Source: a virus (Duplodnaviria > Caudoviricetes). Taken from it: a stretch of 52,720 nucleotides of DNA. The stretch lies in the IMG/VR virus record IMGVR_UViG_3300027782_000115, positions 1 through 52,720 of that record. The stretch is one strand, 5' to 3'. Shown in pieces: positions 7,275 through 14,736 of this stretch. Position 1 is the first letter of the stretch; each line of letters opens with the position of its first letter. The position numbers were made by a program, and so were the translations under genes. Under the pieces are notes generated by a model that ran no database searches, had not been told where the DNA came from, and saw only the letters and a list, made by a program, of their open reading frames with translations.

Positions 7275-7361
7275 GCGGTCCTCGAATGTAAGAACCCAGC
7301 AGCGATGCAAAAAGGGTTGGAACCAAGGGACTCGAAGCGAGTTAGGAGACTCGGCCTCCGC
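7275..7361 (+). ncRNA. Candidate structured RNA A
   Basis: GCGG/CCGC closing pairs; GTCCT/GGGAC; AACCC/GGGTT; GCA-GCGA-TGC GNRA hairpin; CGAGT/ACTCG hairpin. Confidence 0.5.
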
Positions 7362-7371
7362 GATAACAAAA

Positions 7372-7601
7372 CAGTTAGATAAGAGTTAAAGGTTACCTAG
7401 ACCACTAGGCGACTGGGAAGATGACAGTACCGACGGGCGCTGGTCGAGTCCAGGAGCATGAAACAAGGTCAGCGGCATAGGCCGTGTGGACCTGGAGTTG
7501 CGGTGGAGAATCTAGGCAGTAATGACCGTGCAGGCCCTTGTGGAGACGTTCCCCTGGGAAGAGATAGATGCACAATGGTTCCTTTAATTCTTTTCTAACT
7601 G
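7372..7601 (+). ncRNA. Candidate structured RNA B (~230 nt)
   Basis: 21-nt closing stem 7372-7392/7581-7601 (one G-U, one mismatch) plus several nested helices. Confidence 0.65.
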
Positions 7602-7608
7602 AGATTTT

Positions 7609-7684
7609 GCCGTGGTAGTCCTCTGGGTAGGGCATCTGATTGTCTATCAGACTCAGGCGGGTTCGATTCCCGTCCACGGCGCCA
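7609..7684 (+). tRNA. tRNA-Asp (GUC)
   Basis: Acceptor stem GCCGTGG/CCACGGC; anticodon stem TCTGA/TCAGA with GTC at 7642-7644; TTCGATT T-loop; discriminator G; encoded CCA. Confidence 0.93.
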
Positions 7685-7705
7685 CAACAACACAAGGAGC
7701 GAAAC

Positions 7706-7855
7706 ATGGCGAGATTCTTGCTAGAGACACAGAGAGGACAGTTCACAGTCTATGCTCTCGACGGTCATGTGTTGTTGGTCACTCGCATGTATTCCTTGGC
7801 GCATCGTGCGGCCCTAACAGAAATCCACAGAGCAATAGCAGTTAGTAGGGGTTGA
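7706..7855 (+). CDS. Hypothetical protein, 49 aa
   Basis: AAGGAG RBS; start MARFLLE. Confidence 0.65.
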   Translation: MARFLLETQRGQFTVYALDGHVLLVTRMYSLAHRAALTEIHRAIAVSRG

Positions 7856-7880
7856 CAGCCTAGCCAAAAGGTCTTATACT
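7852..7880 (+). promoter_or_regulatory. sigma70-type early promoter
   Basis: TTGACA-N17-TATACT. Confidence 0.8.
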
Positions 7881-7906
7881 ACAGATATTAACACAAAGGA
7901 ATCAAA

Positions 7907-8203
7907 ATGAAACACGTGAAGATCGCCATTGTTGCCCTAGCCGCTGTGATAGCAGTTCCAGCTCATGCAGACATCACACAACGCGATGTCCTGGGCGTGG
8001 CCATAGGAGCCTTGATTGGTTATCAACTTGCCAAGCCTGGTTCACAGCCACAGCATGACCAACCACAGTCAGTGCCTATGCATCAAGGTCATCGACACGA
8101 TCACATGCCGGCCACCTGTGTTCTGCGCCAGGTCTACAGCGCACCAGGCCAAGGTCCTATCTATGTTCAAGAGTGCCACGGCGGTGGCCGTAGACACTAC
8201 TAA
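7907..8203 (+). CDS. Exported protein with glycine-zipper-like segment
   Basis: Signal peptide ending AHA; GVAIGALIG. Confidence 0.7.
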   Translation: MKHVKIAIVALAAVIAVPAHADITQRDVLGVAIGALIGYQLAKPGSQPQHDQPQSVPMHQGHRHDHMPATCVLRQVYSAPGQGPIYVQECHGGGRRHY

Positions 8204-8212
8204 GGAGCAGCC

Positions 8213-8473
8213 GTGGGTTTCGTAGTCTATGATCAGCAGTCGGGACGCATGGAGAAGTACTACAAATTGGCTTCAACAGCCAAGCGGATCTGCACTCAGC
8301 ACAACACCGAACGCACCTACGATTGGGGTAGGACGATGGGGGTGCCTAGCTATACCTACAGTCCGGAACGTGTGTGGGCTTTCTGCTCATACAGGGACTA
8401 TGAAGGCATATTGATGGGACTGCGTGGTGATGCACTGAAGATGTGGCAGTTCTGCAACACTGATATTGGTTGA
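8213..8473 (+). CDS. Hypothetical protein
   Basis: AAGGAG RBS with GTG start. Confidence 0.7.
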   Translation: MGFVVYDQQSGRMEKYYKLASTAKRICTQHNTERTYDWGRTMGVPSYTYSPERVWAFCSYRDYEGILMGLRGDALKMWQFCNTDIG

Positions 8474-8498
8474 CACTTTGGGTGTTTGATCGTATACT
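8470..8498 (+). promoter_or_regulatory. sigma70-type early promoter
   Basis: TTGACA-N17-TATACT. Confidence 0.8.
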
Positions 8499-8528
8499 AG
8501 AGGCTAAGTTAAACAAAAGGAGCGAACT

Positions 8529-8642
8529 ATGTTACAACTGATCGGATTCTGTGCTGTGGTATATTTAGGTTGGGTCTCTGGCATCATCCAAGCTATGCTG
8601 TTGATCACTGCTGGTTTTTTAACTACAATCGCAGGAGTCTAA
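8529..8642 (+). CDS. Hydrophobic microprotein, 37 aa (not in ORF track)
   Basis: AAGGAG RBS; MLQLIGFCAVVYLGWVSGIIQAMLLITAGFLTTIAGV. Confidence 0.6.
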   Translation: MLQLIGFCAVVYLGWVSGIIQAMLLITAGFLTTIAGV

Positions 8643-8643
8643 C

Positions 8644-8739
8644 ATGGAATGGATCATCCCCGTAATCCTAGCTTTTACTGGTCAGTTGGTGTTGGGCTTG
8701 GCAGTGGCCGCAGTGCTGATCTTCATCGAACAGGAATAA
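8644..8739 (+). CDS. Hydrophobic microprotein, 31 aa (not in ORF track)
   Basis: AGGAG RBS; MEWIIPVILAFTGQLVLGLAVAAVLIFIEQE. Confidence 0.6.
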   Translation: MEWIIPVILAFTGQLVLGLAVAAVLIFIEQE

Positions 8740-8748
8740 CCCAGTTGG

Positions 8749-8777
8749 TTGACAGGTCTTTCAAAAGACCGTATAAT
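8749..8777 (+). promoter_or_regulatory. sigma70-type early promoter
   Basis: TTGACA-N17-TATAAT; spacer contains the palindrome GGTCTT-TCAA-AAGACC. Confidence 0.85.
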
Positions 8778-8803
8778 ATACACATACACACAAAGGAGCA
8801 CAC

Positions 8804-9073
8804 ATGAAAGCACTACAGGCATACATTGATCAGCAAAACCGTTGGAACTCACTGTTCAGCGGCAACTGCGTGGTCTTTGAAGTCCAGACCGCCAAGGGAC
8901 GTGAGTTCGTGGCACGACACATTGACAGCGCACTGAGTCCTGAGAACCTCAGCTGTGATGGCGAACTGTCACGCACGGAAACACAGGCTCGCTATCGTGC
9001 ATTGACCAACGCGGCACGAGACTTGATCCAGCTGGATCCTACAATGGCCGAATTTATCTACGAATTCGGTTGA
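8804..9073 (+). CDS. Hypothetical phage protein
   Basis: AAGGAG RBS; LSPENLSCDGE motif. Confidence 0.75.
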   Translation: MKALQAYIDQQNRWNSLFSGNCVVFEVQTAKGREFVARHIDSALSPENLSCDGELSRTETQARYRALTNAARDLIQLDPTMAEFIYEFG

Positions 9074-9098
9074 CAGTTTGAGCATTTGACCTTATAAT
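9070..9098 (+). promoter_or_regulatory. sigma70-type early promoter
   Basis: TTGACA-N17-TATAAT. Confidence 0.85.
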
Positions 9099-9129
9099 AA
9101 ACACATACACACACAAACAGGAGCGAAAA

Positions 9130-9654
9130 ATGAAAGTAGTTGAATACACACAAAACAAGGCCATGGGATTCTTTGATGCCAACACTAACCCTGTGGTAGT
9201 AGAGTTCATGCTGGGCAATGAAGTATTAGTAGTCACAGGTGAGCGTGGCCGGGCAGTGAGCAACGGTCAGATTCAGAAGTATTTGGGCTTCTTGGAAAAA
9301 GATCAGACATTCACTAACCGTTCAGTAACTGATCTCGCTTATCAATCATTCTTGTTAGAAAACGGCCGCACCAAGAACGGGAAACCGGTGCGAGCCCTGG
9401 GCTTCATCGGCAAGAACATACCCGAAGGCCGCTCAGGTGATGTGACCCTGCGTGTTACCATCTGTAACACAGTCGAGCAAGCAGCCACAGTGAGCAAACT
9501 GTATCGCGACACTCGCTTGCCTAAAGTACGCACCATCCGCAGGGCAGTGCCTATTGGCAACAACACAGTCTCTGAACTCAGCATGTATCGTCCTACTGAC
9601 AACCTAGTGATCGATGCTGGCAGCGCTCGTAATGTAGTGGCTAGATTTGCCTAA
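9130..9654 (+). CDS. Hypothetical protein
   Basis: AGGAG RBS; 174-aa ORF. Confidence 0.75.
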   Translation: MKVVEYTQNKAMGFFDANTNPVVVEFMLGNEVLVVTGERGRAVSNGQIQKYLGFLEKDQTFTNRSVTDLAYQSFLLENGRTKNGKPVRALGFIGKNIPEGRSGDVTLRVTICNTVEQAATVSKLYRDTRLPKVRTIRRAVPIGNNTVSELSMYRPTDNLVIDAGSARNVVARFA

Positions 9655-9968
9655 TGCAAGCACTGGTAGAAACCACAGGGGGCGCATTCCACGCCCACAC
9701 ATATCTACTAGACGGTAACAATCTAGTAGCATATGTAAAAGTCAACGAGCTTAAGCCGTTCTACTTCAAGAACCCAATCAAAGGATTCGACAAGAGAGGT
9801 AGGAAGTTTGCACCAGGCAACAAGAACTTATTCACAATCAAGAAAGAAACTCATGGACGCACAGTTATTGGTAGTAGTGGGCAAACGTACACAGTCACAG
9901 AACACTCATGTACGTGTCCAGGATACACCTACAGAGGTACCTGCAAACACATGGCAGAACATGTGTGA
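9654..9968 (+). CDS. SWIM zinc-finger protein
   Basis: CTC-x8-CKH motif. Confidence 0.75.
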   Translation: MQALVETTGGAFHAHTYLLDGNNLVAYVKVNELKPFYFKNPIKGFDKRGRKFAPGNKNLFTIKKETHGRTVIGSSGQTYTVTEHSCTCPGYTYRGTCKHMAEHV

Positions 9969-9986
9969 CTATCTAAAGAGCCTGGC

Positions 9987-10223
9987 ATGATCACCATACA
10001 CGGACTCACCAAGCGGCAACACAAGCTGGCACAACTGCTGTGGTCGGTGCAGGATGTAGAGCAGCACATACTATTCCTCAAGAGCCTAGAGGGGCGTGAT
10101 CGCGTAGATGCACACGGCATCACAGAGATAATGATACAAGAGTTCTTATGGGAGACACTGGATGAAGATACAGAAAGCCAAGCAGTCTGCGCTGCTGTTA
10201 TTGATCGCGCTCGCAGCAGCTAG
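9987..10223 (+). CDS. Hypothetical protein
   Basis: ORF continuing the operon. Confidence 0.55.
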   Translation: MITIHGLTKRQHKLAQLLWSVQDVEQHILFLKSLEGRDRVDAHGITEIMIQEFLWETLDEDTESQAVCAAVIDRARSS

Positions 10224-10386
10224 CACGGGCTGCGCTACACACGATCGCAGGGACACAGCCTGGGACCCAAAGATATCTCAGGGCAAGACTCTGTTCGATC
10301 AGATGCCCAACTGGGACAACGCTGCGGAGAAGATCTGCTGTGGTCACCTGAGACAGTGTAAGGCCAATCAATCGCCGAGGTGCTGA
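10162..10386 (+). CDS. Putative small lipoprotein
   Basis: Basic N-terminus, hydrophobic stretch, lipobox-like STG-C; Cys-rich C-terminus. Confidence 0.55.
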   Translation: MKIQKAKQSALLLLIALAAASTGCATHDRRDTAWDPKISQGKTLFDQMPNWDNAAEKICCGHLRQCKANQSPRC

Positions 10387-10556
10387 GGTCATGGTGAGGG
10401 GCCGGTGGTGGTCATGGTGGGGTGGTCGGTATACACGTAGTATGTTAGTATGCGCTAACTAGCAGCTATGGGGTCTAGATTCACCACCCAAGAAACATAA
10501 GTACTCCACCCAAATTTTTTACGCCGCAATTTTTTAGGCCTCTAGACCCCGTCGGG

Positions 10557-10931
10557 CTAACCCCTCAGATATTCTATTGCACGTTGTAATCGTTCTACAT
10601 CGTCTGCGAGATTGCCCAATCCTAGATTACACTTGTGACACAGCCATCCTCGGAACAGCCCAGTCACATGATCGTGATCACAGACCCAGCCTTTGAGTCT
10701 AGTACTGTGTCCCTGCATCATTGCAAAGTCGCGTCTACATATAGGACATTGATGATCATCAGCCACTGGGGGCGCGGTTTTCTTGATTGCTCTCAGTGTT
10801 TTACTCTGTGCGCTGGCACACTGTTTACACTCATATCTAGGATAGCCATGCCGTCCACCGTCCCTACCGAACTCGCTTAATGGTTTCGATATTAGGCACA
10901 TGCCACAGGTCTTTGTTGTGATTGTTGTCAT
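10557..10931 (-). CDS. Endonuclease VII-like (His-Me finger) nuclease, 124 aa
   Basis: CxxC pairs; CPIC...DHDH..G.FRGWLC..CN..LG motif; start re-assigned to MTTITT. Confidence 0.85.
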   Translation of the reverse strand: MTTITTKTCGMCLISKPLSEFGRDGGRHGYPRYECKQCASAQSKTLRAIKKTAPPVADDHQCPICRRDFAMMQGHSTRLKGWVCDHDHVTGLFRGWLCHKCNLGLGNLADDVERLQRAIEYLRG

Positions 10932-10938
10932 AGCAGCT

Positions 10939-10967
10939 ATTATAGCTAAAGTTCTACACTGTGTCAA
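10939..10967 (-). promoter_or_regulatory. sigma70-type promoter, probably leaderless transcript
   Basis: TTGACA-N17-TATAAT on the - strand; ATG 7 nt after the -10 box. Confidence 0.8.
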
Positions 10968-10983
10968 CCCTTGTAAATACCAT

Positions 10984-11175
10984 ATGCGAATCATATACAC
11001 CACTCTCAGCCTTGCGCCCGCTCCCCTATTCTTGCTAGGGTTTATATACAGTGTGTTTACTCCCAGTGCCATATGCGGAGTAGATTGGTCTATGCCTGTG
11101 ATGTGGTTTGTTATGTTTCTAGCCCATTTAACACCGTGGGTTCTACGCTGTCAACAACTGTACCTTACCAGGTAA
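10984..11175 (+). CDS. Small 2-TM membrane protein, 63 aa
   Basis: Hydrophobic; preceded by GTAAATA late-type motif. Confidence 0.55.
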   Translation: MRIIYTTLSLAPAPLFLLGFIYSVFTPSAICGVDWSMPVMWFVMFLAHLTPWVLRCQQLYLTR

Positions 11176-11387
11176 ACTAAAGCAACAGTGATATGCACCT
11201 TGCAGCACAGCATATGATTGCCAATAGTATATCTCCAGCAAGTCTTGTCTATCTGGAGGACACCATACTAGATCGTGAATCTGTATTATACCCACAGGAC
11301 CTTGGATAGTCACTGTGCAGTGGTATTCACCGGTGCTGTCAATTACAGTTAACATACACATATATAGTCCCGGACTGTAAATACACT

Positions 11388-11519
11388 ATGATCTACATCC
11401 TAGTCATAGATTCGCACAACTGCATGGAATTTTGGGTCAGAGACTGTGCTGTGATATATCAACGGATCCTAGGGGGCATGATCTACACAGTGCAGGTTGA
11501 ACATGCGGTCAGTGACTGA
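11388..11519 (+). CDS. Hypothetical protein, 43 aa (not in ORF track)
   Basis: GTAAATA-N4-ATG; MIYILVIDSHNCMEFW... Confidence 0.4.
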   Translation: MIYILVIDSHNCMEFWVRDCAVIYQRILGGMIYTVQVEHAVSD

Positions 11520-11615
11520 GAAAAATCTGCGCTCTAGTGCTCTGCACAAAAAAATTTTGCGCTGCGCTTCGCCAGGAATAATCCCACCTAGAACTCTAGT
11601 TGATAATTATTGTAT

Positions 11616-12473
11616 ATGACCACACTACATACTTTTGGCTGTTCTATCACACAGGGTTTCGCACTTCCGGATGTGGTCAAGCCTGTCTGTGACAGTTCGG
11701 GAAGACCACTCACTGCTGATGAAATCCGTGAGCAACGCATCGAGATTCAGTGGGAAGACATACACCTATATCAACCCAGTGAATATGCATGGCCTGCGGT
11801 ATTGGGCCGTCGTCTTGGCATTCCAGTACAGAATCATGCTCGCCGTGGCGCTTGTTTTCAGCAGATAGCTCGTCAGTGTGCAGTTCAAGCCAAAAATATT
11901 CTGCCCACGGACACGGTCATAGTTATGTGGACATATTTGTCAAGACTGAGTCTACAGTGGCCTGCTCGTACATCAGTGCCATTTTGTAACATTACAGATC
12001 CAATGCAGGGATGGCGCACAGTTATTCTAGGATTCAATAAACTTTTTGGACTGAGTCGATCACAGCATAGCACAGATCGTACGGATGCCTACATTCGAAA
12101 GTACATAGAAGACTCAACCAAGAACACTTATCTAGAACCCATGGGCATCTATAATAGATACTACAATAGTCTGGTTCTACAAACTATGACTGATGGCTTT
12201 CTATGTGCCACGGGTGCTAGAGTCATACATCTAAGTGTAGAAACTCAAACATCGTTGGATCAACTTGAACAGGCAAGACGTGACCTTGATAAATCGCTGC
12301 GTGAGCCGTACATAATACCCGATCCCAAAACTTGGTACACTGTGCCAGTAGATCATACCAGTTGTCGGGTCATACTTGATCCTTTGATACCACGAGCTGA
12401 AAACGACATGCATCCCAGTGTGCTGCATCACAGTCGTTTTGCTGATCACATATGGAATCGATATTTGGCATAA
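11616..12473 (+). CDS. SGNH/GDSL-like hydrolase
   Basis: N-terminal FGCSITQG, W.+.L...L, N.A..G, C-terminal DxHP. Confidence 0.7.
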   Translation: MTTLHTFGCSITQGFALPDVVKPVCDSSGRPLTADEIREQRIEIQWEDIHLYQPSEYAWPAVLGRRLGIPVQNHARRGACFQQIARQCAVQAKNILPTDTVIVMWTYLSRLSLQWPARTSVPFCNITDPMQGWRTVILGFNKLFGLSRSQHSTDRTDAYIRKYIEDSTKNTYLEPMGIYNRYYNSLVLQTMTDGFLCATGARVIHLSVETQTSLDQLEQARRDLDKSLREPYIIPDPKTWYTVPVDHTSCRVILDPLIPRAENDMHPSVLHHSRFADHIWNRYLA

Positions 12474-12481
12474 ATATTTGC

Positions 12482-12691
12482 ATGAGCGAACAATATCTAT
12501 TACCCATGGCTCGCAGCACAGTCACCGGGCAAACCATCAAAAGCCAGGATCTCACTGGCACAAGATTCACCCAGAAACAGAGAGTTTTGGCTGAAGACAT
12601 GGCTCGACAGTTGGCGGAACGTATGACTGCTAGAACTGGCGACACCTGGCAGGGCTTTGTGAAATTGTACACACCCAGCGAACGCAGCTAG
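12482..12691 (+). CDS. Hypothetical protein, 69 aa
   Basis: ATAAATA-N5-ATG; start MSEQYLLP. Confidence 0.7.
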   Translation: MSEQYLLPMARSTVTGQTIKSQDLTGTRFTQKQRVLAEDMARQLAERMTARTGDTWQGFVKLYTPSERS

Positions 12692-12720
12692 TTGACCTTT
12701 GACGAATTTCCCTGTATAAT
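12692..12720 (+). promoter_or_regulatory. sigma70-type promoter
   Basis: TTGACC-N17-TATAAT. Confidence 0.7.
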
Positions 12721-12747
12721 TAAGTATCTAACCACAAGGAGTATTCA

Positions 12748-13446
12748 ATGTTTGGAGTAAATTATTCAGATCAAGGAACCCTAGCCTATCGTTCGGCAGC
12801 TGACATCAACGCAGCCATGGGACGGGTGTATGCACACATGAGTCTAGCAGTCTTAGTATCGATGTTGGTCAGTTATTGGGTAGGCACAACACCAGAACTC
12901 GTACAGTTCTTTTTCACTGGCATATTAAAATGGATCGTGATCTTTGCACCCTTGGCTGCGATCTTTGGCATCAGTTACGTATTGGGTAATAATCCCAGCA
13001 AGGGCGTGGCACAGTTATGCCTACATGGTTTTGCGGCACTTATGGGTCTGAGCTTTAGCATGATCTTTGCAGTGTTTACCATGGGATCGATTGTTAGTGC
13101 ATTCATGGGTGCGGCCATACTGTTTGCTGTGATGAGCGGCTATGGTTACTTTACCAAACGCAGTCTAGAGAGCCTAGGGCAGTTTATGTTCATAGGATTG
13201 ATTGCCATTGTCATAGCCAGCATCGTCAACATCTTTATTGGCTCTAGTGTGATGGCCACTGTGATCTCAGCCCTGGCTATTATTATATTCTTGGGATTGA
13301 CTGCCTACGACACGCAACGCATACGTGAAATGATTTCTGTGGATACCACAGACGCTGTGGAGATATCAGGTGCATTGAGTCTGTACATGAACTTCATTAA
13401 TATCTTCATCAACCTCTTACAGTTGTTTGGTGTTAGGAACGATTAA
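12748..13446 (+). CDS. Bax inhibitor-1/YccA(YbhL)-family membrane protein
   Basis: 7 TM segments; GY.TK..L..LG, AYDTQ.I and AL.LY.NFIN.F motifs. Confidence 0.9.
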   Translation: MFGVNYSDQGTLAYRSAADINAAMGRVYAHMSLAVLVSMLVSYWVGTTPELVQFFFTGILKWIVIFAPLAAIFGISYVLGNNPSKGVAQLCLHGFAALMGLSFSMIFAVFTMGSIVSAFMGAAILFAVMSGYGYFTKRSLESLGQFMFIGLIAIVIASIVNIFIGSSVMATVISALAIIIFLGLTAYDTQRIREMISVDTTDAVEISGALSLYMNFINIFINLLQLFGVRND

Positions 13447-14153
13447 TCTAATACGTTGGTCTGTTGTTCCAAAGAGAGCTCGGCATCTTCCAGCTCTCTT
13501 ATTTTTTCGGTGATTTGATCTATCAGGCCTAGATTGCGCAGTATCTTGAACACCACATTTTCCACAGAATATTCACCAGCACGATCGAGACCAGCACGGC
13601 GCATGGTGGTAATTTTGTCTTTGACTGACCGCAGTTTTTCTAGATCTTTGCTTAACAAGGCCTGTTCCATCTGACTGAGCATGCTGTCCTTTTTGGCTTC
13701 CACTGCTTGATCATCTAGATCAGGTTCTGTCTTCTGAGGCTTGATCAACCAACGGCTGTCCATGACACTGTAGACTCCTGTGCTGTGATGTGTTTCTGAT
13801 TCGCCCTGTACATAACACTCCACAGGCAGACCCTTTACAGTGATATCATGGTATTCTGCCCACAGTGCCTTTTTCGCAGAAAACAGCTCTCTTTGTGCAT
13901 CTGATACTTCACCTTCAATGATCACATGCAGATCAAGGTCGCTGTACTTGCTCCACGTATAGTTGGCATTAGATCCAGTTATGGTATAGTCTTTCACAGC
14001 CAGATCCACACCTACGAAATCCACAAACGCTCTGGCTATCTGTAACAGCTTAAGGCGCACTTTGCCGTCTAGTCTGCCTTCTTGCCATAGTTTGGGATTT
14101 AGTTCTGTGTTTACCGTGACAAAATCTGTTTGGGAGAATTCTCTTAATCGCAC
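13443..14153 (-). CDS. Pol-beta superfamily nucleotidyltransferase
   Basis: TGS.ANY.W..YSDLDLH motif and third acidic strand VECYV; probable GTG start (MRLREF) after GGAG. Confidence 0.75.
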   Translation of the reverse strand: MRLREFSQTDFVTVNTELNPKLWQEGRLDGKVRLKLLQIARAFVDFVGVDLAVKDYTITGSNANYTWSKYSDLDLHVIIEGEVSDAQRELFSAKKALWAEYHDITVKGLPVECYVQGESETHHSTGVYSVMDSRWLIKPQKTEPDLDDQAVEAKKDSMLSQMEQALLSKDLEKLRSVKDKITTMRRAGLDRAGEYSVENVVFKILRNLGLIDQITEKIRELEDAELSLEQQTNVLD

Positions 14154-14154
14154 G

Positions 14155-14496
14155 TTAAACTCCGTAGCGATTGCGTTTGGGTTTGGCCACAGGACTCTGT
14201 GTTTCTGTGCTATCACGTTCGTGGCTTCCGCGATCAGCTAGTATTCGTCCCTTATGGCCAGTGACTCGTTCAGCTGCATGTATGATCTCTTCTTCTTCGG
14301 GGGTATATGCACTGATCACAGCATGCTGACCAGCAGGACCATAGGGCGGCTCTTCGTGATTGGCCATGGCCATACCAAATCTATAGACTTGATATCCATC
14401 TGAACTAGGCATGGTAGGAAACTGAAAGGTAGTGTTCATTGCCCGACTTACACGTTTGGGCAGCTGACGTTCAGTGATGAATTCTTTTGCTCGCAT
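14155..14496 (-). CDS. Probable internal virion protein
   Basis: MRAKEFITE N-terminus; CTAAATA late motif 4 nt upstream. Confidence 0.6.
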   Translation of the reverse strand: MRAKEFITERQLPKRVSRAMNTTFQFPTMPSSDGYQVYRFGMAMANHEEPPYGPAGQHAVISAYTPEEEEIIHAAERVTGHKGRILADRGSHERDSTETQSPVAKPKRNRYGV

Positions 14497-14499
14497 TCA

Positions 14500-14736
14500 T
14501 TATTTAGCCCACATTAGGTGATAGGATACCAATGTTTTTTCGTCATAGAATTCAGCAATTAATCGGCAATACATGTCATTGCGTTCCAGCATCAACTGAC
14601 ATGATTCTTGCGGTTGTTTAAGCAGCCATTTGGTCTGATCCACGCCTATGGTTTTGTGTACTTTGGGCCAGTCGATTTCGATGTTTTCTCCCTCAGAGGG
14701 CAACCATTTTAACAGTTCTACTTTCTTATTCTTCAT
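14500..14736 (-). CDS. Hypothetical protein
   Basis: ORF coupled to the helicase. Confidence 0.7.
   Translation of the reverse strand: MKNKKVELLKWLPSEGENIEIDWPKVHKTIGVDQTKWLLKQPQESCQLMLERNDMYCRLIAEFYDEKTLVSYHLMWAK

Noticed and set aside
7372-7601. Hammerhead/twister ribozyme, tmRNA or retron msr-msd identity for RNA B
   Set aside because: No CUGAnGA/GAAA core in the right context, no tRNA-like ends or tag ORF, and no reverse transcriptase in the window; left as unclassified
7405-7746. 113-aa minus-strand ORF, plus + strand ORFs starting at 7612 and 7640
   Set aside because: They overlap the tRNA and structured RNA and lack an RBS; only 7706-7855 is credible
9650-10250. A second TC/CC-depleted island
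   Set aside because: It looks similarly CA-rich, but TC and CC occur repeatedly
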